Positions 9,272 through 18,165 are shown, counted from the first letter of the stretch. The stretch: DNA of 55,779 bases from an uncultured Oscillospiraceae bacterium (GCA_964398655.1 CAYNNG010000010.1:1-55779); one strand, 5' to 3'. Notes: a model not told the origin generated them from the sequence alone. A program made the numbers and translations.

Positions 9272-11210
9272 TGCTTTCTCCTGCATCTGTATCTGAAAAA
9301 TCAAAAACTTCTTTCATATGTGTTTCTTTTTGCATGACATCGGAGGCGTACTGAATGCCTAAGCTGAAAACCGATCCCTCGCCCTTGCTCGACCGTACAG
9401 AAACCGTCATCTTAAGCTGTTCAGCCAAGGCTTTAGCAATGGACAGGCCCAGACCTGTACCAGCCTCATTGTGGGCCTTATCGGCCTTGTAAAAACGTTC
9501 AAAGACGAATGGGATATCTTCTGCGGCAATACCTGCGCCGTTATCCTCAATTTCTAAGAACATTTCCTTAGGGGTAGGTCTCGCTCTCAAGATAATTAAG
9601 CCGCCTTCCGGGGTGAATTTTAAGGCATTATCTAAGTAAGTAAGCAAGATCTGTTCAATGCGGTCTTCATTGCCCCAAATCATGGCCAGATCTTGGTCCA
9701 GACCATCTACCTCAAAATTGATCCCTTTTTCTTGGGTCATTAACTGCATTTGGGGAGCCAAGTTGTCTAAGAAGAGTTTGAGGTTTATAGGTCCTTGCTC
9801 AATATAGTTGGTTCCCGACTGGAGGCGAGACAATTCCAGCATATCGTCAATCAAGCGGGACAAGCGCAGGGTTTCGTGGAGAATAATTTCGTAGTAGCGC
9901 TGCCTGTCTTCCTCGCTTTTGACCATGCCATCGCGTAAGGGCTCAATCAAAGCCCGCATAGCGGTTATGGGTGTGCGCAATTCATGTGAGACGTTAGCGA
10001 TATAGTCCCTCCGGGTCTGTTCCAGCCTGGTACTTTTAGTTACATCGCGGAAGAGTCCAACCGCGGCCGAAACATTGTGATTGTGGTCAAAGATGGGGTT
10101 GATAGAGGCTTGGATGATTTTTTTGTCATCCCCCAATTTGATGTGCTCACTGACCGCTTGGCCTTGTTCCAAGCATAGCTGGAAAAGAGGCTCTAAGCCG
10201 GTTGAGACTACGAGTTCGTGGACACTATAAAAATCTTTGTTCCTTTGGAAGAGCTCCCAGATAACCTCGTTGGTTTGAGTGATATTGCCGGAACTATCGA
10301 CCGCTATAATACCTTCGCTTATCCCATCAATAATTTCTTTAAGCTGGTTGCGTTCCAGGTTCAAGGCCGCCAAAGAGTGGCTCAAGCTTTCGCTCATGTG
10401 ATTGATGGATTTTGCCAAGTCCGAAATCTCGTCACGTTTGTCCGGATTGTAATCCACATTCTGCGTAAAGTCCCCTTCGGTGATAGACATGGCTACTTTA
10501 CGTATGTTGTGTAATGGCTGGATCAGGCGGCGGGTCATATAGAAAGCGGGTATTAGGAGAAGCAGGCCACAGCCCACAGAGGCCAGAAAGAGGGAGAGGT
10601 TGAGACTGGAAATGGAGAGATTAAATTCTGCCAAGGGCTGGATCATGATAACCGTGCCCAAGGGCTTACGGCTGAGCTGACTAAAATATTGGGAATAAAT
10701 AGGGACCAGGACAAAGAGGTATTCCTCATTAGTAGATTTAAGCAGGATGGTGCCATGCTTGCCTTGGAGAAACTCCTGCAGCTTGGGATCAGGCTCTTCC
10801 GTGTCCACCTGCTGGCTAATTTCATCCGCGGGGAAGGAGTCCAGATATTCCTGATTTAAGTAAAGTGCCTGCTGGAGGATGTTATCTTTGACTTCTTGGG
10901 TGAGCTTATCGGGCAGGGGAGTTGCCAGGGTGCGGCCATCCGCAAAGTTAATCATGGTCCAGACATTAAAGAAATTGTAAGAGATATTTACCATGTTCTC
11001 GACCAGGGCATCTTCCTTGAGGAAGTAAGGGCCTGCCTGTTCAGCGATCCACCGGGCTTGAGGGAAGAGGTCCTTGGACCGATTGGCCACAAGGAGCGGC
11101 CGGGAAAACATGGTAAAAAGGGCATTGGTGGCCAAAGCCCAGACAATGAGCGACAAGATCAGGATGCTGATGATCCTGCGAAAAAATAGGCTGTCGGAGA
11201 ACTTAAACAT
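9264..11210 (-). CDS. sensor histidine kinase (2 TM, extracytoplasmic domain, HAMP, PAS, HisKA, HATPase)
   Basis: H-box SHELRTPITAM, N-box LDNALKFTP, G-boxes DNGAGI and GTGLGLSIA. Two TM segments flank an approximately 170-aa loop. Confidence 0.92.
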   Translation of the reverse strand: MFKFSDSLFFRRIISILILSLIVWALATNALFTMFSRPLLVANRSKDLFPQARWIAEQAGPYFLKEDALVENMVNISYNFFNVWTMINFADGRTLATPLPDKLTQEVKDNILQQALYLNQEYLDSFPADEISQQVDTEEPDPKLQEFLQGKHGTILLKSTNEEYLFVLVPIYSQYFSQLSRKPLGTVIMIQPLAEFNLSISSLNLSLFLASVGCGLLLLIPAFYMTRRLIQPLHNIRKVAMSITEGDFTQNVDYNPDKRDEISDLAKSINHMSESLSHSLAALNLERNQLKEIIDGISEGIIAVDSSGNITQTNEVIWELFQRNKDFYSVHELVVSTGLEPLFQLCLEQGQAVSEHIKLGDDKKIIQASINPIFDHNHNVSAAVGLFRDVTKSTRLEQTRRDYIANVSHELRTPITAMRALIEPLRDGMVKSEEDRQRYYEIILHETLRLSRLIDDMLELSRLQSGTNYIEQGPINLKLFLDNLAPQMQLMTQEKGINFEVDGLDQDLAMIWGNEDRIEQILLTYLDNALKFTPEGGLIILRARPTPKEMFLEIEDNGAGIAAEDIPFVFERFYKADKAHNEAGTGLGLSIAKALAEQLKMTVSVRSSKGEGSVFSLGIQYASDVMQKETHMKEVFDFSDTDAGESND

Positions 11211-11230
11211 GCCCGGGTATTTACCTCATC

Positions 11231-11932
11231 TTAGGCTTTAGGGCCTGGATCAAATTTATAGCCTACGCCATAGACGGTTAGCAGGGAATAGCTGTGGTCG
11301 TCACAATTGATTTTTTGCCTGATGCGCTTAATATGCGTATCAACCGTACGGGTATCACCAAAGTAGTCATACCCCCAGACTCGGGACAAAATAGTCTCGC
11401 GGTCAAACACCTGACCGGGATTTGAAGCTAGGAGATAGAGGATCTCCACCTCCTTAGGGGTGAAAGCTACTGGCTTGTTATCTACTAAAACCTGATAGTT
11501 GCCCAAATTAATCTCCAGACCATCATAGCGGACTAGGTTGCGGTCTTCTTCATTTTCTGAAGCATTAAGCCGGCGGAAAACCGCCTTGATCCGAGCAATA
11601 ACTTCGCGAGGGCTAAAGGGTTTTACGATATAATCATCTGCGCCCAGCTCCAAGCCTAAGATGCGGTCAATTTCTTCCCCCTTGGCTGTGAGCATGATAA
11701 TGGGTACCTTGCTTTCGCGTCTAACCTCCTTGCAGACATCTATGCCGGATTTCTTAGGCATCATGATATCTAAGATGATTAAGTCTACGTTTTGGTTATG
11801 GAAAGCTTCTAGGGCTTCTTCGCCATCGTAAGTGGAAATGTAATCGAAATTTTCTTCTTTTAAATACAATCCTAACGATTCATGTACCACCCGTTCATCG
11901 TCTGCAATTAAAATTAAAGGCTTTGAATTCAT
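11231..11932 (-). CDS. OmpR/PhoB-family response regulator
   Basis: Receiver domain (LIADDE...DLIILDIMMP...LTAKG) plus a winged-helix output domain (LTPKEVEILYLL...VWGYDYFGDTRTVDTHIKRIRQKI). Confidence 0.93.
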   Translation of the reverse strand: MNSKPLILIADDERVVHESLGLYLKEENFDYISTYDGEEALEAFHNQNVDLIILDIMMPKKSGIDVCKEVRRESKVPIIMLTAKGEEIDRILGLELGADDYIVKPFSPREVIARIKAVFRRLNASENEEDRNLVRYDGLEINLGNYQVLVDNKPVAFTPKEVEILYLLASNPGQVFDRETILSRVWGYDYFGDTRTVDTHIKRIRQKINCDDHSYSLLTVYGVGYKFDPGPKA

Positions 11933-11990
11933 GTTGACCTCATTTCTAGCTTAACCCATCAAGTTAGGGATAAATTATCTCCTCTGGAAA

Positions 11991-12019
11991 ATTATATAAC
12001 ATGGCCGCTAGGATTGCAG
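11991..12019 (-). promoter_or_regulatory. candidate sigma-A promoter for the response regulator/kinase operon
   Basis: The minus strand reads CTGCAA-N17-TATAAT, with a perfect -10 about 55 nt upstream of the regulator ATG. Confidence 0.4.
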
Positions 12020-12061
12020 GCCGCCGAGATGCTATGCTACAAAGTAAGAGAAGGAGTCATT

Positions 12062-12826
12062 ATGCCTATTATTGAAACCTATACAGCTGACTTTGCCCCC
12101 CAGTATCCTGTACCAATCCTGTATGAGGATAACCATCTCTTGTTTGCCCTTAAGGCTCCGGGACTCTTGGCTCAGGAGGACCATTCCGGCAAACCTGACA
12201 TCTTAAATATCTTAAAGGCTTATCTGGTAGAGAAGTACCATAAGCCAGGTAAAGCCTGGCTGGGTTTGGTTCACAGGTTAGACCAGCCTGTGGGCGGCGT
12301 GATGGTATTTGCCAAGACGTCCAAAGCGGCCTCCCGGCTTTCAGACCTGATTCGCCGACAAGAGCTGGAAAAGACTTACCAGGCAGTAGTCCGTGGTCAG
12401 GTTGAGCCTCAAACTGACCACTGGCAAGACCATATCTCCAAAGAACCTGTAGGAGGCCGCTATGTTAAAGATCCCTCAGGTCGTCCTTGCAGTTTAAGCT
12501 ACCAACGCCTTGCCTGTCAGGACTTGCCAGAAGCAGGCCCGCTAAGCTTGCTGGAAATCCAGCTGCACACCGGACGCCCCCATCAGATCAGGGTGCAATG
12601 TTCCTCCAGAGCTTGGCCGCTCGCGGGTGACCGTCGTTATGGCCTGCATGATCAGTTTGACTGCAGCTTAGAGTCTCCGGCCCTCTTTGCCTCGGGCTTG
12701 GCCTTTAGCCATCCTGTACGTCAAGAGCGGATAGAAGTGTGGGCCCCCATACCCCAGACTCCTCCGTGGACCTATTTCCCTTCAGAGTTATTTACTTCAA
12801 GGGATAACTCTGACCATCTTGCTTAA
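12062..12826 (+). CDS. RluA-family pseudouridine synthase (no S4 domain)
   Basis: Catalytic motif HRLDQPVGGVMVFAKT and the C-terminal HTGRPHQIRV motif. The ATG at 12062 is preceded by AAGGAG. Confidence 0.85.
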   Translation: MPIIETYTADFAPQYPVPILYEDNHLLFALKAPGLLAQEDHSGKPDILNILKAYLVEKYHKPGKAWLGLVHRLDQPVGGVMVFAKTSKAASRLSDLIRRQELEKTYQAVVRGQVEPQTDHWQDHISKEPVGGRYVKDPSGRPCSLSYQRLACQDLPEAGPLSLLEIQLHTGRPHQIRVQCSSRAWPLAGDRRYGLHDQFDCSLESPALFASGLAFSHPVRQERIEVWAPIPQTPPWTYFPSELFTSRDNSDHLA

Positions 12827-13466
12827 AAATATGCTGGGCAGGCAAAAACCCTCTGAACATAGAGACGGGATAGACACGGGACCGAGGCCCTATCATGCTG
12901 CCGGGGTTCAAAACCGCATTGCAGCCAATTTCCGCGTAGTCGCCAATAATTGCCCCAAACTTCTTGAGCCCGGTCGCAACTTTTTCTGCCCCTACCTGAA
13001 CCGTAACTAAGGAATGGTCGGACTTGAGGTTAGAGGTGATAGCGCCTGCTCCTAAATGCGCGTGCCCGCCCAGGATTGAGTCGCCGCAATAGTTAAAATG
13101 GGCCAGGGTGGCTCCTGGTAAGAGCAGGGCATTTTTGATTTCTACCGAAAAACCTACAGAGGCTCCAGCCTCGATGAGGGCTGTGGCTCGAATAAATACA
13201 TTAGGCCTCAGCTCCACTCCAGGACCAATGATCGTTGGCCCCTGCAGGACACAAGAGGGGGCGATCGCCGCAGTTTTATGCACATAAACTGCGGCGCCTT
13301 CAGGCCCTGTGACCGCGTAATCTTCAGGATTAAGCTGACTTTGGAGCTTCAAAATGAAAGCCTTGAGTTCGGGTATAGCCTCCCACACTTGCTCACGGTC
13401 AGCCAGCAAGCTTTTCGCCCAGGCCCCTTCCAAATCAAAATAATATGCAGCACTTGAGTCAAACAT
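12792..13466 (-). CDS. left-handed beta-helix (hexapeptide-repeat) protein, GlmU C-terminal-like
   Basis: Repeated [LIV]-G-x4 hexapeptides (IIGPGVELRPNVFI, IEAGASVG, ILGGHAHLGAGAI, IIGDYAEIGCNAVL). AGGAGG lies 8 nt upstream of the ATG at 13466. Confidence 0.65.
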   Translation of the reverse strand: MFDSSAAYYFDLEGAWAKSLLADREQVWEAIPELKAFILKLQSQLNPEDYAVTGPEGAAVYVHKTAAIAPSCVLQGPTIIGPGVELRPNVFIRATALIEAGASVGFSVEIKNALLLPGATLAHFNYCGDSILGGHAHLGAGAITSNLKSDHSLVTVQVGAEKVATGLKKFGAIIGDYAEIGCNAVLNPGSMIGPRSRVYPVSMFRGFLPAQHIFKQDGQSYPLK

Positions 13467-13557
13467 CAAATTGTCCTCCTAAATTGGACCCACCAGAATT
13501 TTTAAGGGCCTTATTAAGTTTAATTTTCTGACTCCTGACTGGCAAGCAGGACGCGGC

Positions 13558-14457
13558 CTACTTGTTAGCATCAACTGCCAGCACAGCGCCTTGATATTTT
13601 TCCGCGATCACCTCTCTCACTTTTGAACTTTGCAGCGCTTCATAAAGCTTTAAAAGATTAGGATCTTGGGCAAGATCGTCCCGGGTAACCAGCACGTTGG
13701 CATAGGTTTTGGCAGCAAGTGAGTCTTGATCTTCCACTGCCAGAGCATCTTTTGAGACAGAAAGTCCCGCTTCTAGGGCATAGTTGCCATTGATCACGGC
13801 GTAGTCTAAATCGTCTAAACTGCGCGGCAGCTGAGCGGCTGCTAATTCTGCAAATTTTATGTGGTGGGGGTTGTCTAGAATATCTAAGATTGTCAACTCC
13901 AGGCTAGCCTTATCTTCCGGCAGGCTGATCCAACCTAGATCTTGGAGCAATAGCAGAGCTCGGGCCTGATTGGACACATCATTTGGCAGTCCTATGCTTG
14001 CGCCATCTTGTAAGGCGTCAAGACTTTTTAATTTTCCAGGATAGAGGGCAAAGGGTTCATAATGTACAGGACCTAGAGCGATCAGATTGGTCTGATTTTC
14101 CGCGTTGAATTGCTCAAGATAGGGCTGATGCTGGAAGTAGTTAGCATCCACATCACCATCTTGTGTAGCAATATTGGGAAGGACGTAATCTGTAAACTCG
14201 CGAATTTCCAGGTCAATACCTTCCTGTTTTAATTGATCCTGGACGAGTTCTAGGATTTCAGCGTGGGGTTGAGGGGAGGCGGCTACACAGATTTTTGTGA
14301 GAGAGCCGTCTGCATTCTCACTTGATTCAGAGCTGCTGAGGCCAGTTTTAATGTCCTGGTTAACTGAACTTTCTCCGCTGGCAGGTGAGCAGGCGGCCAG
14401 CGTGCAGAGGATTAGGCAAAGACTGAGGATGCTGAGCAGGTTAAAGCTTTTTTTCAT
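13558..14457 (-). CDS. metQ: methionine ABC transporter substrate-binding lipoprotein (MetQ/NlpA family)
   Basis: Signal peptide with lipobox LAAC. NlpA-family body (HAEILE...YFQHQPYL...NGNYALEAGL). Lies downstream of metN and metI. Confidence 0.88.
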   Translation of the reverse strand: MKKSFNLLSILSLCLILCTLAACSPASGESSVNQDIKTGLSSSESSENADGSLTKICVAASPQPHAEILELVQDQLKQEGIDLEIREFTDYVLPNIATQDGDVDANYFQHQPYLEQFNAENQTNLIALGPVHYEPFALYPGKLKSLDALQDGASIGLPNDVSNQARALLLLQDLGWISLPEDKASLELTILDILDNPHHIKFAELAAAQLPRSLDDLDYAVINGNYALEAGLSVSKDALAVEDQDSLAAKTYANVLVTRDDLAQDPNLLKLYEALQSSKVREVIAEKYQGAVLAVDANK

Positions 14458-14492
14458 GATTATTTTCTCCGATCTTCTTATTTGTTTTACTT

Positions 14493-15149
14493 TTAATGCT
14501 TAGTAATTATTTTGAGCAAGAGGTTACCGAGGCCCTCAACTAGCTGTACTAGGGTCACAATGAGGATTACGGTCCAGGTCATGACTTCTGTGTTATAGCG
14601 GTTATAGCCGTAATTGATGGCAATTGCGCCCAATCCGCCACCACCGATAAAGCCTGCCATAGCTGAGTAAGAAATGATGTTAACCGCAGTAATGATAGAA
14701 CCTGACAGAATGGAGGGTTTAGCTTCGGACAAGAGGACACCCCAGAGTATTTGCTGCCGGGATGCTCCCATGGAGCGCGCGGCATCAATAACCCCGGTAG
14801 GAACTTCCCGGAGGCTAGATTCCACGAGCCGCCCTACAAAGGGGGCTGTGGAGAAGGTAAGGGGAATGATGGCGGCTGTAGGGCCAATGCTGGTGCCCAC
14901 TATTGCCCTAGTTAGAGGGATTAGGTAAACCATTAAAATAAGAAAGGGAACCGAACGCAAGATATTTACAACTAGGCTCAGAAATTTGTAGACCAGGGGC
15001 TGGGGTGCGAGGCCATGGGCTGAGCGATTATAAAGTATGATCCCCAAAGGAAGTCCTAAAGCATAGGCAAAGAAAGCAGTGGCCAAGAGCATGTACAGGC
15101 TTTCAAGTAAGCCTTGGGTGAGTAATTGTTGAATTTGGGCAAATGGCAT
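14493..15149 (-). CDS. metI: methionine ABC transporter permease
   Basis: 218 aa, 5 TM segments, EAA-like loop (EAARSMGASRQQILWGVLLSEAKPS), between metN and metQ. Confidence 0.88.
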   Translation of the reverse strand: MPFAQIQQLLTQGLLESLYMLLATAFFAYALGLPLGIILYNRSAHGLAPQPLVYKFLSLVVNILRSVPFLILMVYLIPLTRAIVGTSIGPTAAIIPLTFSTAPFVGRLVESSLREVPTGVIDAARSMGASRQQILWGVLLSEAKPSILSGSIITAVNIISYSAMAGFIGGGGLGAIAINYGYNRYNTEVMTWTVILIVTLVQLVEGLGNLLLKIITKH

Positions 15150-15162
15150 AGGCTTCTCCTTC

Positions 15163-15975
15163 CTAGTGTGAACGCCTAGCCAGAGCAGGTGTGGCTAAAA
15201 AGGATTTTGCTACGGCAGATTGGGGATCATTAAAGATTGTCTGAACTTCTCCTACTTCGACAATGCGGCCATTTTCCATGAGGGCCACTCGGTCACAGAT
15301 GCGGGTAACCACCTCCATCTGGTGGGTAATAAGCAGAATACTGAGGCCTAACTGATCTCTGAGATCCGTTAATAATTGGAGGATCTCCTCCGTAGAGCTA
15401 GGGTCAAGAGCGGAAGTGGCCTCGTCAGAGAGTAAAAGTTCGGTCTGGTTGGCCAAAGCCCGCGCGATGGCAACTCTTTGTCTTTGACCGCCGGAAAGTG
15501 AGCCTGGCCTAGCCTTGATTTTGTCTTTTAATCCAACAAGTTCAAGTAAATAATGGGCTCTTCCTTGAGCAGCCTTTCGGCTCATACCTGCCAAGCGCAG
15601 GGGATAGATGACATTGTCTTCCACGGATCTTTGCCCGAAGAGGTTGAAGTCTTGAAAAATCATGGCTATCTCACGACGCTGGAGCTTAAGTTCCTGGGGA
15701 GACATCACACAAAGATCTTGGCCTTTGAAGATCACCTGACCTTGGTCCGGTGTTTCTAACAGGTTAGCCATACGCAGAAGGGTGGATTTACCGGCACCAG
15801 AAAAACCAATGATCCCGAGGATTTCGCCAGGATAAAGCTCCAGACTAACTTGGTCTACCGCAGAGAGTTTGGTTTTCTGCCCAGCTAACTTAAAACTCTT
15901 GCTTACCTGCTGCAAACTCAGCAGGGGACGCTGACCTTCGTAGGTCGACTTTAGCTTATTTTGTTGCTTGCTCAT
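15163..15975 (-). CDS. metN: methionine ABC transporter ATP-binding protein (short form, no NIL domain seen)
   Basis: Walker A GFSGAGKST, signature LSGGQRQR, Walker B LLLSDEATSALD, H-loop ITHQM. The ATG at 15975 is preceded by AAGGAG. Confidence 0.88.
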   Translation of the reverse strand: MSKQQNKLKSTYEGQRPLLSLQQVSKSFKLAGQKTKLSAVDQVSLELYPGEILGIIGFSGAGKSTLLRMANLLETPDQGQVIFKGQDLCVMSPQELKLQRREIAMIFQDFNLFGQRSVEDNVIYPLRLAGMSRKAAQGRAHYLLELVGLKDKIKARPGSLSGGQRQRVAIARALANQTELLLSDEATSALDPSSTEEILQLLTDLRDQLGLSILLITHQMEVVTRICDRVALMENGRIVEVGEVQTIFNDPQSAVAKSFLATPALARRSH

Positions 15976-16190
15976 AAAAATCTCCTTCACATTTCTAGCT
16001 CAAAATCTCTAAAATTCGTAAAAAAAAGGGTGCCCCCGTGGGGACACCCTTGTAAAAAGCCTTGCTTACAGCTCAAAGCCACCCGAAGGTCACCCTCCCC
16101 GGGCTAATCTGGAGTGGCACATCATCATGCTATTGAGCTGAAGTTGTAACTTTAACATTATTGCCTTTCTGCTCTCACTAGGAGATCACA
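15976..16190 (-). promoter_or_regulatory. structured 5' leader of metNIQ (candidate riboswitch or attenuator, class unassigned)
   Basis: The minus strand has a possible TTGTTT-N17-TAAGAT promoter. A closed element follows, CAGCUCAA...UUGAGCUG (16069-16140), enclosing GCCAC...GUGGC. A strong terminator then precedes the SD. Confidence 0.55.
16018..16052 (-). terminator. intrinsic terminator inside the metNIQ leader
   Basis: Minus strand GGGUGUCCCC-ACG-GGGGCACCC (10-bp GC-rich stem) followed by U8, located between the structured element and the metN SD. Confidence 0.75.
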
Positions 16191-16351
16191 AATTTTCTAT
16201 ATCTTAGGTACAAATTCCTCACAAAACAAGGCGAAGAAGGATAATTGTGAAGTTGAGCAAAGGCTAATCTGCTTAACCGCCCCCACTATGTGAAATAAGT
16301 AGAGGACGGAAGGGAAAGTATAGCGGTGAAAAGGATCATGCAGGTAAAGCA

Positions 16352-16400
16352 GCAGAAAACGAAAGGTGGTGTTTAAACCAGGGTTTGAAACACCACCTTT
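16352..16400 (-). terminator. terminator of the tRNA operon
   Basis: Minus-strand hairpin AAAGGUGGUGUUU / AAACACCACCUUU (13-bp arms) followed by CGUUUUCU, immediately 3' of tRNA-Pro. Confidence 0.55.
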
Positions 16401-16402
16401 TA

Positions 16403-16478
16403 TGGTCGAGGTGACAGGACTTGAACCTGCGACATCCTGCTCCCAAAGCAGGCGCGCTACCACCTGCGCTACACCTCG
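16403..16478 (-). tRNA. tRNA-Pro (UGG)
   Basis: Hand-folded cloverleaf: acceptor CGAGGUG/CACCUCG, anticodon stem CCUGC/GCAGG, loop UUUGGGA, T-loop GGUUCAAGUCC, encoded CCA. Confidence 0.9.
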
Positions 16479-16560
16479 ATACAGCATGTAATCATAGCGG
16501 ACGGGCAACCAGCTTGTCAATAAAGTAGGGGCTGTCTCGTGAGGAGACAGCCCCTTAAAC

Positions 16561-16645
<85 letters not shown>

Positions 16646-16665
16646 CTGTGCCATATTAACTTGTG

Positions 16666-16743
16666 TTGGTGGGCCATCAGGGACTTGAACCCCGGACCGA
16701 CCGGTTATGAGCCGGCTGCTCTAACCAACTGAGCTAATGGCCC
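16666..16743 (-). tRNA. tRNA with CAU anticodon (Met by anticodon; resembles lysidine-type tRNA-Ile2)
   Basis: GGGCCAUUAGCUCAGUUGGUUAGAGC..., anticodon loop CUCAUAA, paired G1-C72 (not an initiator). The C4-G69/C5-G68 pairs and overall sequence recall tRNA-Ile2. Boundaries are good to +/-1 nt. Confidence 0.85.
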
Positions 16744-16777
16744 ATGACTTGTGTCGTTTCTCTGAGCGACGAAAGCA

Positions 16778-16805
16778 AGTATACCATAAAAACAGCTGAT
16801 GTCAA
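16778..16805 (-). promoter_or_regulatory. sigma-A promoter of the tRNA operon
   Basis: The minus strand reads TTGACA-N16-TATACT with an extended TG (TGGTATACT), about 35 nt upstream of the first tRNA. Confidence 0.6.
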
Positions 16806-16832
16806 ATCCCTAAAATAATTTGTATTTCAGAA

Positions 16833-16873
16833 AGAAAAAAGCCAGGCTCTCTGCGCTGGGTAAGAGCCTGGCC
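16833..16873 (-). terminator. intrinsic terminator after the CofE-like gene
   Basis: Minus-strand hairpin GCCAGGCUCU-loop-AGAGCCUGGC followed by U6, 11 nt after the stop codon. Confidence 0.65.
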
Positions 16874-16883
16874 AGCCTCTAAG

Positions 16884-18086
16884 TTAATTATCTGCGTAGG
16901 AATCAAAGTAGCCTTGAATGTAAACGAAGGGTGTACCCTTATCGCCAGATCCTGAGACTAGGTCCGCCATGGATCCTAGCAAATCTGTGTACTGACGAGG
17001 TGTAGTTCCCTCAGACCGCATTTTGCCCTTAAGGTCGTCATCCTTATGTTTAATGCTTTCCATAATTTTGACCGCCTGTTCTTCAGACGATAGCCCATGG
17101 AATTCCGAGTCAGCGAGATATTTAATCTTGATTTCATTGGGTTTGCCCGTTAAGCCAGCGGTGTGGGCAGGGGATACTACCGGGTCAGCAAGTTCCCAGA
17201 TTTTACCTACAGGATCTTTAAAGGCACCATCGCCATAAATCATGACTTCAATATGCTTGCCTGTCATTTCAAATAATTCCTGTGCAAGAGCGTCAACCAA
17301 GACCTGGCAATCTCTGGGGAAGAGTTTAACCCGGTCTTCATCAGCTTTGTTAGAACCGAGCAACCCATATTCTTGGTTGTAGCCGTGCTCACTGGTCTGC
17401 TCGTTGAGAATTTCGGTTAAATCAAAGACTTGGTCTGCACCGGCTTCAAGCAAGCGCTGTTTGGTAATCTTGCGGGTATGAATATCACAGGCGATAACCT
17501 GATTAGTATATTTAAGAATAGCCTCCGGATTGTTGGCGAAAATGAGCTTAGCCCTGGAGCCTGATCCCTCAATGGTATCCCGATAAAATTGCAAGTAGTC
17601 TATGCCGGTAAAAGGATGGAGGCAGGGGCCAAAGTTTTCACGCAGGGTCTTTTCATCTAAGATGTCCTGCCAGGGGTTGACCTTGGTCTTGTAAATGAGT
17701 TCCGGATCAAAAATGGCATTACCTACCTCATCGGAAGGGTAGGAAAGGAGGAGGACAACTTCCTCAGCAGCTAAAGATAGAGCCTTGAGTAAGATGGCGA
17801 AGCGGTTCCGGCTCATAATAGGATAAACTAAGCCTAAACTCTTGATTCTTTCGGTGCCAAACTTTTTCCTGACATCAGTTGCTATATCTTCAATGCTGGC
17901 ATAATTGCCTTGAGACCGTCCCACTATGGATTCCGTAATACATAAGACATCACGGTCTTGGAAAATTAATTGACCGGAATCACCTGCTTCTTTGAGAAGC
18001 TGAGGAACGATGGTTAGTAAGTCATCTCCCTCGTTGATAATTGGACTGCGCAAACCGCGCGCTACGGTGCCGAAAAAGCGTTTCAT
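16884..18086 (-). CDS. F420-0:gamma-glutamyl ligase (CofE)-like protein of unknown substrate
   Basis: 400 aa. CofE-like motifs by eye (VLCITESIVGRSQG, GLLGSNKA, MIYGDGAFKDP, DLVSGSGDKGTPFVYIQG). About 150 aa longer than archaeal CofE. Confidence 0.55.
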   Translation of the reverse strand: MKRFFGTVARGLRSPIINEGDDLLTIVPQLLKEAGDSGQLIFQDRDVLCITESIVGRSQGNYASIEDIATDVRKKFGTERIKSLGLVYPIMSRNRFAILLKALSLAAEEVVLLLSYPSDEVGNAIFDPELIYKTKVNPWQDILDEKTLRENFGPCLHPFTGIDYLQFYRDTIEGSGSRAKLIFANNPEAILKYTNQVIACDIHTRKITKQRLLEAGADQVFDLTEILNEQTSEHGYNQEYGLLGSNKADEDRVKLFPRDCQVLVDALAQELFEMTGKHIEVMIYGDGAFKDPVGKIWELADPVVSPAHTAGLTGKPNEIKIKYLADSEFHGLSSEEQAVKIMESIKHKDDDLKGKMRSEGTTPRQYTDLLGSMADLVSGSGDKGTPFVYIQGYFDSYADN

Positions 18087-18165
18087 GGAAAAGCCTCCCT
18101 TACAAGGTTGTCTGCCTCCACATGGAGACAGATTATTATAACATGTAGGGGAAGCTCTCGTTTAT

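Noticed and set aside
16069-16140. Calling the metNIQ leader a SAM-I (S-box) riboswitch or a Met T-box.
   Set aside because: The conserved S-box core strings and the T-box 14-mer are not present as far as I can read. I kept it as an unclassified structured leader instead.
16197-16520. 107-aa minus-strand ORF.
   Set aside because: It spans tRNA-Pro, its terminator and the metNIQ promoter region, and has no SD. It is an ORF-finder artefact.
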